A DNA stretch of 64,000 nt, from the IMG/VR virus record IMGVR_UViG_3300015615_000196, positions 64,001 through 128,000 of that record. One strand, 5' to 3'. The stretch is from a virus (taxonomy: Duplodnaviria > Caudoviricetes). The notes beneath the pieces were generated by a model, which did no database searches, was not told where the DNA came from, and was given only the letters and a program-made list of their open reading frames with translations. This document shows positions 46,308-56,090 of this stretch, one piece after another (the stretch's first letter is position 1; every line of letters starts with the position of its first letter). The position numbers were made by a program, and so were the translations under genes.

Positions 46308-46667
46308 TTACCTGAATAGTGCAACAGATTGACTCGATTGCTTTGATTTCCTGACTTTGTAGTCTTTACCATTGGTCAAATGAAATGTTTTGTATTTCTC
46401 GTCTTCATCAATGGATTTTACCAGAGTCGAGTTGATGATGCCGTATTTCTCCTTTGAAGAGAAGGTTGACAAGGTGTCCAGCACCGGGTAATCGAGCAAA
46501 AGGACTTCAATGCCAACTGATTTGTGTTTAAGTTGCTGCTCCTTTGCAACTTGCTCGACCGTGTTCGTATTTATGAGATAAGCGGAATAATACGATTTTT
46601 TGGTTGTTTGTGCGTAAGTGAGAGTTGAACCCACCAGTGCAATCGTCAAGAAAAGTAAGTTTTTCAT
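46308..46667 (-). CDS. exported hypothetical protein
   Basis: Signal peptide MKNLLFLTIALVGSTLTYAQ. Confidence 0.6.
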   Translation of the reverse strand: MKNLLFLTIALVGSTLTYAQTTKKSYYSAYLINTNTVEQVAKEQQLKHKSVGIEVLLLDYPVLDTLSTFSSKEKYGIINSTLVKSIDEDEKYKTFHLTNGKDYKVRKSKQSSQSVALFR

Positions 46668-46814
46668 AGATGTTTTGTCTTGTTAACTCCTTATACGGGT
46701 GACATGGCCAAATGTTGCGTAGAACTTACTATTTTTTACAGAAAATTGTATTTTGACCCTCAAAAGAGTATTTATAAAAAAATACTTGAATAACATTATT
46801 TAAGCACTCATAAA

Positions 46815-49136
46815 ATGAGAAGCCCTTTAGTAAAAGAAAATTTCTATAAAAGATTGAAGGAATTGAGCGGTGCAAAATCTGCCAATAACGCCCCTGCATC
46901 TTTAAGTCAATCAACCCTTATCGATTTTCAAAGAGCCAACGATGGTGTAGCACTTGGTATCGTAAAAGAAAACCACAACTACTTCATCAAGACGGCAAGC
47001 AAACAAGGAGATAAAATCGGAGTCGAAGACTTCGCGTACATCGGTGGTTTGGAAAACAAATTCAAGTACCAGTACAACTCTTTGGCAGAAGCAGAAAAGA
47101 ATAGAAACTTCTACATCAAGACCTTGAACGAGTCTACTTCAAAGAAGTTCAAAAAAATCTCGATTAACGAGAGTGAGAACATCGCAAAGGCTCAAGATCA
47201 CGCAGATGACGTGAAGCCAGAAAAGGCTCAAGGCGAAGCCGACAAGAACATGCAAGTGTCGGAAAACAAAAACATCGATGCTGCACAGACTCACGGTGAC
47301 AAAGTTGATCCCAACAAAGCACAAGGTGAAGCTGACAAGTCAAAAGGTTCAGCACCTTTGAAAGACACAGCAGTCGAAAAAGAACCGGGTGAAGTAGCAT
47401 CTTCAAAAGAGATCGTTGTTGACCCGAAACAATCAGAGAACCCGAAAGAAGTTGATGCAACGAAAGAATCGAGCGCAAAGCCGATCTCAGTTGAAAAGCA
47501 AGTTGAGAAGAAAGTCTCAGACGTTGCTGAACCTATCAACGAAAAATGGAATAAAAAAAACGTAGTTGACCCTAAGAAGAAGGGTATGTTCAAAGGCAAG
47601 ACCAAAGAGGATTTGCACAAAGAACTTACTGCTGCTAAGAAGAGAGGCGATACTACCAAAGAAAAAGAAATCAACTTTGCACTCCGTGCAAAAAACAAGT
47701 GGGGTAAAGTAGACGAACAAGAAGTTTACGAAGGCCACACAATTGAAGAATACGGTAACGAACATCCTGTAAGTGTTGATGACGCTTTGAAAGGTAAAGT
47801 AGCCGAAGACTTCCCGCCAGCAGCAGGTGGTGATGAAAACGCAGAACTTGATGCAGCAGCAAGCGCATTAGATGGTATGGGTGCAGGTGCACCAGCAGCA
47901 GATGCAGCACCAGCAGCCGCTCCTGCCGCAGAACCAAGTGCAGAACCTGAAATGGGCGCAGAACCAAGTGCAGAACCAGCAATGGGTGATGCAGAAGGTT
48001 CAATCAAAGACATCGAAAAACTTAATGGTAAAATCACTCAGAAAGTAAGAGCAACTGAACTTACTCCTGAAATGACCAAAGGATTCTTGAAGTCATACAT
48101 CACAGCATTCGAAGATAAACTCGGAGAACTTGATCATGAAGACAGAAAAGAATTAGCAAACGCTATCCTTAACGACAAAGAAGAAGAATCAGGTGAAGAA
48201 CTTGGTGGCGAAGAAGGACTCGGTGCAGAACCGGAAGCAGGTCTTGGTGATGAAACCGCAGTTACTTCTGATGCAGAAGAAAAAGAAATCGAAGAAACAA
48301 TCAACGCTCACCTTGCTGAAATGGGCATCGGTGAAGACGAGAATGTAAAGAATCATGCAGACATCGCATCGAACACAAAACCTTTCAAGAACTACATGTC
48401 AGAAAGAGGTTACAACCCTTCAAAGGTTGAAGAAATCTCTCTCATGGAAATGGTTAGCTTGATGAATGGTTATACCAACGAATGTGGTGATGCAGTAGCA
48501 AATGCAGACGTTCAGGGAATGTTAGAATTCGTAACTCCTGACGTAAGTGCAAAGATGGCAGAATCAGGCAACGGAATTTTTGAAAACTTGATGAAACCAT
48601 TCGGTGAAAAGATCAAGGTTAACAAGAAAGCATACGCTAACGAAGCCGTAATCGCAGAAAACTTCGGTGACGAAGAAGAAGGCGAAGAGGAAGAAGGTAG
48701 CGAAGATGATGGCGCAGCAGTTGAAGTTGGTGGTGACGAAGAAGGTTCAGAACCAGCAGCAAGCATTGCAGTAGGTGAAGAACCAGCAGGTGAGGAAGAA
48801 GCCGAACTTGAAATCGAGCCTAAGACCGCAGACGCAGCTACAGACGTAGTATCATTTGCACCAGCAGGTGAAACTATGGGTGCAGGTGCTCCGGGTGCAG
48901 AAAAGACTGTTACCGTTGACCTCAACAAGAACACTGTAAGCATGACGTTGAGCGAATCAACTCAAGCTAAGTTGCACAAGATCATCGCAAAGAAAATTGC
49001 TGAACAATTAGATGGCAAGAAGCCAGTGATCAGCGAAGGCAAGAAATCAGCATTGTCTGCTTTCATCGATGAAGAAGTAAGCAAAGCTATCGCAGTAAGA
49101 AGAAAGAAAATCGAAGAAAGACTTCTTAGAAAGTAA
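46815..49136 (+). CDS. large acidic low-complexity head-associated protein
   Basis: E/A/P-rich repeats; upstream of TerL; TATTTATA motif. Confidence 0.6.
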   Translation: MRSPLVKENFYKRLKELSGAKSANNAPASLSQSTLIDFQRANDGVALGIVKENHNYFIKTASKQGDKIGVEDFAYIGGLENKFKYQYNSLAEAEKNRNFYIKTLNESTSKKFKKISINESENIAKAQDHADDVKPEKAQGEADKNMQVSENKNIDAAQTHGDKVDPNKAQGEADKSKGSAPLKDTAVEKEPGEVASSKEIVVDPKQSENPKEVDATKESSAKPISVEKQVEKKVSDVAEPINEKWNKKNVVDPKKKGMFKGKTKEDLHKELTAAKKRGDTTKEKEINFALRAKNKWGKVDEQEVYEGHTIEEYGNEHPVSVDDALKGKVAEDFPPAAGGDENAELDAAASALDGMGAGAPAADAAPAAAPAAEPSAEPEMGAEPSAEPAMGDAEGSIKDIEKLNGKITQKVRATELTPEMTKGFLKSYITAFEDKLGELDHEDRKELANAILNDKEEESGEELGGEEGLGAEPEAGLGDETAVTSDAEEKEIEETINAHLAEMGIGEDENVKNHADIASNTKPFKNYMSERGYNPSKVEEISLMEMVSLMNGYTNECGDAVANADVQGMLEFVTPDVSAKMAESGNGIFENLMKPFGEKIKVNKKAYANEAVIAENFGDEEEGEEEEGSEDDGAAVEVGGDEEGSEPAASIAVGEEPAGEEEAELEIEPKTADAATDVVSFAPAGETMGAGAPGAEKTVTVDLNKNTVSMTLSESTQAKLHKIIAKKIAEQLDGKKPVISEGKKSALSAFIDEEVSKAIAVRRKKIEERLLRK

Positions 49137-49636
49137 TGAACGAACAAACCGACTTAAAACTTATCTACGTTTTAAAAATCGGGTACAACACTAAAAAGGA
49201 GGGTCTTTATGAATTCATATTCAGTAAAGACCCTTCTTCCGTTGATGCCGAAGCATGGGGATGGACACAAATGCCAGCAAAGGGCAATGCCAATCCACCT
49301 GACGAGAAATGCATTGACTTGACACTATCCCTCAAGACCGACAAGATCGATTTGATCTGTCTCCATGACCTCAATGATCGTATGTACTTGGATGGCTACT
49401 ATACCATTCACGCACTCGCGTATCAGGACTTGGAAGAGGATAGCAACAGTGATCTCATGTACGATGAACTTCCGATCCTTGTGTTCCACTACGGAATGAA
49501 ATTGAAAGAAGTGCAAGACATCCTCTACACCCGTGATCTCATGTTCAAAGAAATTAAACCAACCGTTACTGAGTCTGTCGTCATCCCTGACGAAGAAGAA
49601 ATGGAAGAAGAAGATGACGATCAAATGATCGTTTAA
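49136..49636 (+). CDS. hypothetical protein
   Basis: 166-aa ORF preceding TerL. Confidence 0.6.
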   Translation: MNEQTDLKLIYVLKIGYNTKKEGLYEFIFSKDPSSVDAEAWGWTQMPAKGNANPPDEKCIDLTLSLKTDKIDLICLHDLNDRMYLDGYYTIHALAYQDLEEDSNSDLMYDELPILVFHYGMKLKEVQDILYTRDLMFKEIKPTVTESVVIPDEEEMEEEDDDQMIV

Positions 49637-49740
49637 ACTGTTCTTTACCATAGGTAGAGAACCTACAAAGGTCTGACGCTGAACCCTTAATCAGCGTCTT
49701 TTTTGTTTTAAGGCTATTTATAGAAAACTATAGTCAGTCA

Positions 49741-51750
49741 ATGGCGAAGAAGAAAAAAGACGATAATGATCTTGATTTTATCCCGGAGAACAATAAACGT
49801 CCACTAACCCCGGAAGAAATTGCGAAAATCGAACAGAAGAAAAAGGTTCGAGAACTCCGTGAGAAGACAAAGAACCAAGTTCAAGTTATCGTTACAAAAT
49901 CTGGCGAAGTAAAGAGAGCGGATCAACTCACTCTTCAAGAGCAACAAGAAGAATACACTCGTTGCGCAATTGATCCAATCTACTTCATTGAATCGTACCT
50001 TACAGTATTTGACCAGACCCAAGGCGAAGCCGGGGAAATCGTGCCATTCAAACTCTTTGGTTTTCAGAGAGACTTGATCAAATCTTATTTAAGAAACAAA
50101 CAGAACATCGCCAACAAGTATCGTCAGGCAGGGGTTTCAACCACTACTTGCGCATACATTGCTTGGTACGTAATGTTCAACGATAATCGATACGTTGCCG
50201 TAGTCGCTGATAAACTTGAAACCGCTCGTGACGAGTTGCTTTCTGACATAATCGAATTTATTGAGGGCTGTCCGGCATACTTGAAACCAACCATTGCAAG
50301 TAAGGATACTGCTCACCATAAGAAATACAAGAACGGTAGCCAGTTGAAGGCATTTGCTGCAACGAAACTTAGAGGCCCGACCCCTACCCTTATCTTTTGG
50401 GATGAAACTGCATGGACAGAAAAAGGAGACCAGTTCTGGACTTCTGCTGCTCCGTCTGTACGAAACACAGGTGGTCGTGTAATCTTCGTATCTACTCCGA
50501 ACGGTTTGGATGCCGTGTTCTATGCAACATTCGATAAGGCAACACGTAAAGAAAACTCGTTCAATGCTATCGAACTTTGGTGGTACAACGACCCACGTTA
50601 CAACAAAGGATTGTATTGGGTAAAGAACGAAAACAAGACCAACGAATTCAAAGTCGTTGACGAAAACTTCTCTGCTGAAAAACGTAAACAATTTATTGCC
50701 GATGGATTCGTGGGAAGAAGTGCTTGGTACGAAGGTGCTAAGATGGAATACAATGGCAACATGCGTAAACTTGCTCAGGAAGTTGAATGTTCATTCTTGG
50801 GTTCAGGTGATAACTTCATTGCCGAAGAATACATCAAACGTATTGAGGACGAAGAATTGAAGACACCTATTCAGGAAGAATGGGAAGACAAAGGAATGTG
50901 GATTTGGAAGAAACCAGTTGAAGGTGCACAGTATGTTATTGCCAATGACGTATCAAGTGGACACGGTGAAGACTTTTCAACGGTCAACATCCTTGAACTA
51001 TATGATGTGACCGAAACCATCAACATTGTCGAAAACGGAATTACCGTTGCCAAGAAAGTTAAGAAAAGAAAGATTGAGCAGGTTGCCGAGTACGTTGGCA
51101 AAGTTACTCCACAAGGTCTTGCCGAGATCATTTACTACTACGGTAAAATGTACAACATGGCATACTGCGTCATTGACGTGAGTGGTGGTTATGGTGTATC
51201 GACCGTTGAAAAACTTATTGAGTTTGGTTATAAAAATTTACACTATTCAGAGATTCAACATAAACCAACTCGTGATCGCATGGCTTCATACGTGAAGATT
51301 TCTGAGAAAGAAGTAGCACCGGGAGTGTTTGTTAAGGTTGACCTTATTCCGGGATTCATGATCGGAAACAATCGTGCAATGGTACTTCAAGAAATGGAAC
51401 GTTGTGTTCGTATGAAGGATGTTATTGTGAGATCAAGACGATTGACCTCAGAATTCAAAACCTTCGTTACCGTACCCGGCCCACGTCTTGCAGACCACAA
51501 GCGTTCTTTCCACGATGACGACATTATGGGCTTCTCAATCGGGGTATACGTTATCTCGTTTGACATGTTCAAATCGGCTCAAAGTGCTGAAAAAACAAAG
51601 AAAATGCTTGACGCGATTTTGGTAGTAAGTAATATTGACGAACACCTACAAGAGGACGAAATCAGGAAGAGAGAAGCCCCGGATGTACGCCACCATGCCA
51701 ACCCTTACGGGGCGCATAGTTGGTTATTTAAAAATTTGAAGGGAAAATGA
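49741..51750 (+). CDS. terminase large subunit (T4 gp17-like)
   Basis: DPIYF, Q-motif LFGFQ, KYRQAGVST, WDETA, STPNG, DVSSG, HDDDIM. Confidence 0.93.
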   Translation: MAKKKKDDNDLDFIPENNKRPLTPEEIAKIEQKKKVRELREKTKNQVQVIVTKSGEVKRADQLTLQEQQEEYTRCAIDPIYFIESYLTVFDQTQGEAGEIVPFKLFGFQRDLIKSYLRNKQNIANKYRQAGVSTTTCAYIAWYVMFNDNRYVAVVADKLETARDELLSDIIEFIEGCPAYLKPTIASKDTAHHKKYKNGSQLKAFAATKLRGPTPTLIFWDETAWTEKGDQFWTSAAPSVRNTGGRVIFVSTPNGLDAVFYATFDKATRKENSFNAIELWWYNDPRYNKGLYWVKNENKTNEFKVVDENFSAEKRKQFIADGFVGRSAWYEGAKMEYNGNMRKLAQEVECSFLGSGDNFIAEEYIKRIEDEELKTPIQEEWEDKGMWIWKKPVEGAQYVIANDVSSGHGEDFSTVNILELYDVTETINIVENGITVAKKVKKRKIEQVAEYVGKVTPQGLAEIIYYYGKMYNMAYCVIDVSGGYGVSTVEKLIEFGYKNLHYSEIQHKPTRDRMASYVKISEKEVAPGVFVKVDLIPGFMIGNNRAMVLQEMERCVRMKDVIVRSRRLTSEFKTFVTVPGPRLADHKRSFHDDDIMGFSIGVYVISFDMFKSAQSAEKTKKMLDAILVVSNIDEHLQEDEIRKREAPDVRHHANPYGAHSWLFKNLKGK

Positions 51751-51800
51751 CTTTTGGGGGAGTAGACGAGTATTTATAATAAACTATAAAAAAGTATAAA

Positions 51801-53762
51801 ATGGCAGAAAACAAGAAAACCATATACCAGAACCTGAACACCATGCTTAACTTGGATGGTGCTGGATTAACCTCTGATGACCTCAGAAAAAATCCAGAAG
51901 AAAAGATTCTGTTGAAAGCCGAGAATCCTGCTGACTTAAAGGTTAAAGCCCTTGAGATTCAGCAGAAGGAAGTCATATTCGATAAGTTCTTCAAGATTCA
52001 ACAAGCTGGTTTTCAAAAGGCCATGCAATATGAAGCAGCACGTCTCCCTGCTTATATTGATTACGAAGGTATGGAGTATTACCCATTGATCGCAAGTGCT
52101 CTTGACTTGCTCATGGAAGAATCAACCACCATCGGTGATGATGGTAAGATGCTCCGAATCTATTCAAAGAAGGAACGTATCAAAGAAATCCTCGAAGAAT
52201 TTTTTTACGGTACTCTTAACATCAATGTCATGCTTCCGTTCTGGACAAGAAACTTGGTCAAATACGGTGACAACTTCGTGTACATGCTTGGTGAAAAAGG
52301 AAAGGGTATCCGTTACGCAAGACAGTTGGTTAACTTCGACATCGAACGTAAAGACGAATTCAAGGACAAAAAAATCAGAACCATTTTCAAAAACAGAATC
52401 ACAGGTGACGAATTCAACATGTTTGAAATTGCTCACTTTAGACTTCTTGGTGATGATAAGTTCTTGCCGTATGGTTCATCTGTATTGAACAAAGTTCGTA
52501 GAGTATTCCGTCAGTTAATCATGGCAGAAGATGCTATGTTGACTTACCGTATTCTTCGTGCTGGTGAAAAGCGTGTATTCAAAGTTGACGTTGGTAACCT
52601 TGATGACAAGGATATTGAAGCATACGTAACCAGAGTTGCACAGAAATTCAAAAAGCAACAACAAGTCTACAAGAACAATGGACAAATCGATTACCGTTTC
52701 AACATCTTAGGTAACGATGAAGATATATTCATTCCTGTTCGTGATGGTAAGTCTACCGTTATCGAAACACTTCCGGGTGCAACCAACTTGGATGCAATTC
52801 AGGACATCACATACTTGAGAGATAACTTGTTCTCAGGTCTTGGTATTCCGAAACCGTTCTTGGGCTTCCAAGGTTCGGCTGGTGAAGGTAAGAACTTGGC
52901 TCAAATGGATGTACGTTTCGCAAAGAAAGTAAACCGTATTCAGCAAGCCCTTATTCAGGAATTAAATAAGATGGCGATCATCCACCTTTACTTGAAGGGT
53001 TTCGAAGATGATCTTCACGAATTCAGCTTGTCGTTGACCAACCCGTCAACTCAGGCAGACAAACTTAAAACAGAAACACTACAAGCAAAGGCTCAGTTGT
53101 ATGCTGATCTTACTCGAACCGAAAGTTCAGGTATTGCAGCAGTATCACACACATGGGCAAAAAGAAATATATTCAACTGGTCTGACAAAGAAATCATGGA
53201 AGACCTCAAGAATCAAAGAATGGAGAGAGCAATTTCTCAAGAGTTGCAGGATACAGGAACAGTCATCCCTAAGACTGGCGTATTCGACAGCATCGACAAA
53301 AAATATGGCACTTCAAATCCGTTACCAGCACAACCACCACAACAGGGTGGCGCACCTAATGCAGGTGGTGCACCGGAACCGGGTGAAGGAGCCAATACTG
53401 GTAATCCACCACCGGAAGCAGGGGCGACAAACGCTCCACAATCAGTAAATCAATTACCTGAGCCTCAAGGTGTGGGCGCACCGCCAGCACCAGCAGGAGG
53501 CGCACCCGTACAAACCGAAAGCGTTAAAAAGAAAAAGCCATTGAGCGAAGACGCTTTTGAAGAGAAACTTCAAATGCTTGTTGGCATGAAGAGTTCACCG
53601 GAAGGCACTGACGTTGAGGATGATAACAATCATTCATTGGCAAATCAGGCAAAAAGACAGATCAATGTCGCAAGACAAATGATCACAGAAATTGATAAGA
53701 TGATGCATAAAGGAACTGGAAATTTTAATACCGAGTCCGACAAGCAAGTGGATTCGGAATAA
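51801..53762 (+). CDS. portal protein (T4 gp20-like)
   Basis: IAHFRL, PYGSSVL, MAEDAMLTYRILRAGEKRVFKVDVGN, IETLPG, RFAKKVNRIQ. Confidence 0.92.
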   Translation: MAENKKTIYQNLNTMLNLDGAGLTSDDLRKNPEEKILLKAENPADLKVKALEIQQKEVIFDKFFKIQQAGFQKAMQYEAARLPAYIDYEGMEYYPLIASALDLLMEESTTIGDDGKMLRIYSKKERIKEILEEFFYGTLNINVMLPFWTRNLVKYGDNFVYMLGEKGKGIRYARQLVNFDIERKDEFKDKKIRTIFKNRITGDEFNMFEIAHFRLLGDDKFLPYGSSVLNKVRRVFRQLIMAEDAMLTYRILRAGEKRVFKVDVGNLDDKDIEAYVTRVAQKFKKQQQVYKNNGQIDYRFNILGNDEDIFIPVRDGKSTVIETLPGATNLDAIQDITYLRDNLFSGLGIPKPFLGFQGSAGEGKNLAQMDVRFAKKVNRIQQALIQELNKMAIIHLYLKGFEDDLHEFSLSLTNPSTQADKLKTETLQAKAQLYADLTRTESSGIAAVSHTWAKRNIFNWSDKEIMEDLKNQRMERAISQELQDTGTVIPKTGVFDSIDKKYGTSNPLPAQPPQQGGAPNAGGAPEPGEGANTGNPPPEAGATNAPQSVNQLPEPQGVGAPPAPAGGAPVQTESVKKKKPLSEDAFEEKLQMLVGMKSSPEGTDVEDDNNHSLANQAKRQINVARQMITEIDKMMHKGTGNFNTESDKQVDSE

Positions 53763-53792
53763 TATCAGTATTTATATTTAAACTTTTGCGGT

Positions 53793-54605
53793 ATGTCGAA
53801 ATACAACTTAGGGATTGTAAAAGCCTCGTTATTAAGCAATTTGAATGAGCAAGTGGCTCTCAAGGAATTTGTGAAAATTCTTAAAGAGTCAAGCGTTCTG
53901 AATTTGACTCACACCATTTTCGACAACCTCGAAAAGAAGCATATCTCAAATGAGGATTTAGCCATCAAGTACATTGATGAAAACCTCAATTTAATCAAGA
54001 AACAATGCAGCAGAGAAGTCTTCGAAAAGGAGACCCAAAAAATCTTACCTCTTATTGAAGGGATCGCTTTTTCAGATACCAACAAAGGTAAGTTGTATGA
54101 AAACATTCATACGATGATCACCGAAAGTTTAAACGGTAAGAAAGCTACCAACGTAAACAAACTTCACGACTCATTCAGCTTTGTTCTTGAGCATCTTACG
54201 ACCTCTCCGAAGAAAGCTGCCGTAGAAGAAGTTGAACTTCCGAAGGAACTTGTTATCAATGAATTCATTTTGAAAAGAGCCATCAACGAATTTAACTCAA
54301 AGTATGCTGGTGTTCTTTCAGAAGAAGAAATGGCGTTGATCAAATCAATCGTGCATGAAAATGCAGCAGAGAAGAAAAAGAGTTTCGAGACTATTAAAGA
54401 ATCTACCCTTCACTCATTGAAGGCATTGAAAGAAGAACTTGAAAATCAAGATGAAAAGGCTCCTGCTCACGAACAAAGAGAAGCAGAATTGTTCGCTACC
54501 AAGATAAATGAATCAATCACGAATATTGAGAAACTCAAATTCGGTGAGGAAACGTTTACAAAGGACGTTCTTGATCTTGTGAATCTTAAAAAGGAATTGG
54601 AGTAA
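53793..54605 (+). CDS. hypothetical head-module protein
   Basis: Helical 270-aa ORF downstream of portal. Confidence 0.6.
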   Translation: MSKYNLGIVKASLLSNLNEQVALKEFVKILKESSVLNLTHTIFDNLEKKHISNEDLAIKYIDENLNLIKKQCSREVFEKETQKILPLIEGIAFSDTNKGKLYENIHTMITESLNGKKATNVNKLHDSFSFVLEHLTTSPKKAAVEEVELPKELVINEFILKRAINEFNSKYAGVLSEEEMALIKSIVHENAAEKKKSFETIKESTLHSLKALKEELENQDEKAPAHEQREAELFATKINESITNIEKLKFGEETFTKDVLDLVNLKKELE

Positions 54606-56087
54606 TTATCCGATTCCGAGTGCTACCTTACATTTTTTCAATCTAACAACACGATCATCAAGACCATTGTATCCACCGTTTACTAATTTGGTGGTTCCAA
54701 TAATGTTGTCAACATCTGCCGTTTGATTTACGTTTCTGAATTTCCAGAAGTGGAATGCGCTGATTACAGCATTGTCCGGTTGTGCAAGTAACTCAGGATT
54801 TGCAACCAAATCCAATCCCATTAACTTTCCAGTCTTATCGTAGATACCTCTACCAGTGGTTTGAATTGCACCCCTACCTCTGTAGGTGTAGCCATCTGGA
54901 TCAGGCCCATTACCAAGATCAGAACGATTGCTATATCCAATATTGGCAATTTTTTCAGGGAAGCCAACGTATCCTACCGTGTCCGCTACAGTCTTGAAAT
55001 ACTTGTTGAATGGACTCACACGCATTAATTGCTGTGCTGTATAGTTGAGATTTTCTGTGAATAAGTTCAAGTCTCCGCTTTCGTGTCCAATGATTGCGAA
55101 GAAGTGAGCAAGACGAATACGTGTGTTCAACTGGAACTTATCCATGTTGTTATCACGATTGAATGCACTCAAAACCAATGGTACATTTTCAGCATGAATC
55201 TTTGGGCAGCATCCTTTAAGTTGCGCCTCAGTCAATTGAGAAAGATGTTCCTTGTTTTTCGGATTATCTGGATCGCTGGTGTAGGCAATCATCGGAATAT
55301 TGAAGTTGATGTCGTATCCAAAACTTGCAAGGGTTTTGAAGATATTGTTTACGTAATCCTTTGGAGAATTAACATCATTCCCATACTTCTTTTTCATGAA
55401 ATCCAACAACAAAGAATAGTTGTCGAATCCTTGATTTGATCTTACATAGTAAGAGAATAACGATGACGAAGCCAAGTTTTTATTGGTCGAACCATATGAT
55501 GAAAGTTGATAGAACTGACAGAACAAAGCAATCTTCGGATTGTTTGCAAGGTTCTGGAACATCACTTTTCTGTTTGCCGTAGCCGTTGCATTATCTGCAT
55601 CCGATGATTTGGTTTGGCCATTTCTGCTATTCAAATTCGGTATCCACGTCAATATTTGATATGGATCACCAGTAACTCCAACCATCATTTTAGCAACATC
55701 AGTATCATCCAACATTTTAGTTGCGCTGAATATGATATTGAAATATTCGTAGTCGTTTATACCACTAATACCCATCGTGTTTCTTTGTGAGAAAGACAAT
55801 GGTGAGAATCCGCTTTCTTGAAATGCTTGTGCAGCAGCAACGTTCGGATCGACCAAAAATTGACTACCGAATTCATCAAACCATCTAATAAGATTTTCAG
55901 AATATGCCGTAGTCGCAGTGATCGGCACATTGCTATCGTCTACCATTGTAGCAGTGAAGGTCGTACCAACAGGAATATTACTTTTCGGTAATTTTATTTT
56001 TGGAGTTGCCGAGAAGATCGTTGTGCTGGCAGCACATTTTGCTTTAATAAAGTCCTTTGCCTTCTGTGTTAATTTGATATACTGCAT
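54606..56087 (-). CDS. GH19 lysin with N-terminal SLT-like domain
   Basis: AQAFQESGF..MGISGI; RLAHFFAIIGHESG, ENLNY, YRGRGAIQTTG, VNGGYNGLDDR. Confidence 0.85.
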   Translation of the reverse strand: MQYIKLTQKAKDFIKAKCAASTTIFSATPKIKLPKSNIPVGTTFTATMVDDSNVPITATTAYSENLIRWFDEFGSQFLVDPNVAAAQAFQESGFSPLSFSQRNTMGISGINDYEYFNIIFSATKMLDDTDVAKMMVGVTGDPYQILTWIPNLNSRNGQTKSSDADNATATANRKVMFQNLANNPKIALFCQFYQLSSYGSTNKNLASSSLFSYYVRSNQGFDNYSLLLDFMKKKYGNDVNSPKDYVNNIFKTLASFGYDINFNIPMIAYTSDPDNPKNKEHLSQLTEAQLKGCCPKIHAENVPLVLSAFNRDNNMDKFQLNTRIRLAHFFAIIGHESGDLNLFTENLNYTAQQLMRVSPFNKYFKTVADTVGYVGFPEKIANIGYSNRSDLGNGPDPDGYTYRGRGAIQTTGRGIYDKTGKLMGLDLVANPELLAQPDNAVISAFHFWKFRNVNQTADVDNIIGTTKLVNGGYNGLDDRVVRLKKCKVALGIG

Positions 56088-56090
56088 ATC

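Noticed and set aside
47920-48000. Tandem GCAGAACCAAGTGCAGAACC repeats
   Set aside because: These are in-frame low-complexity AEPSAEP protein repeats, not a DNA element.
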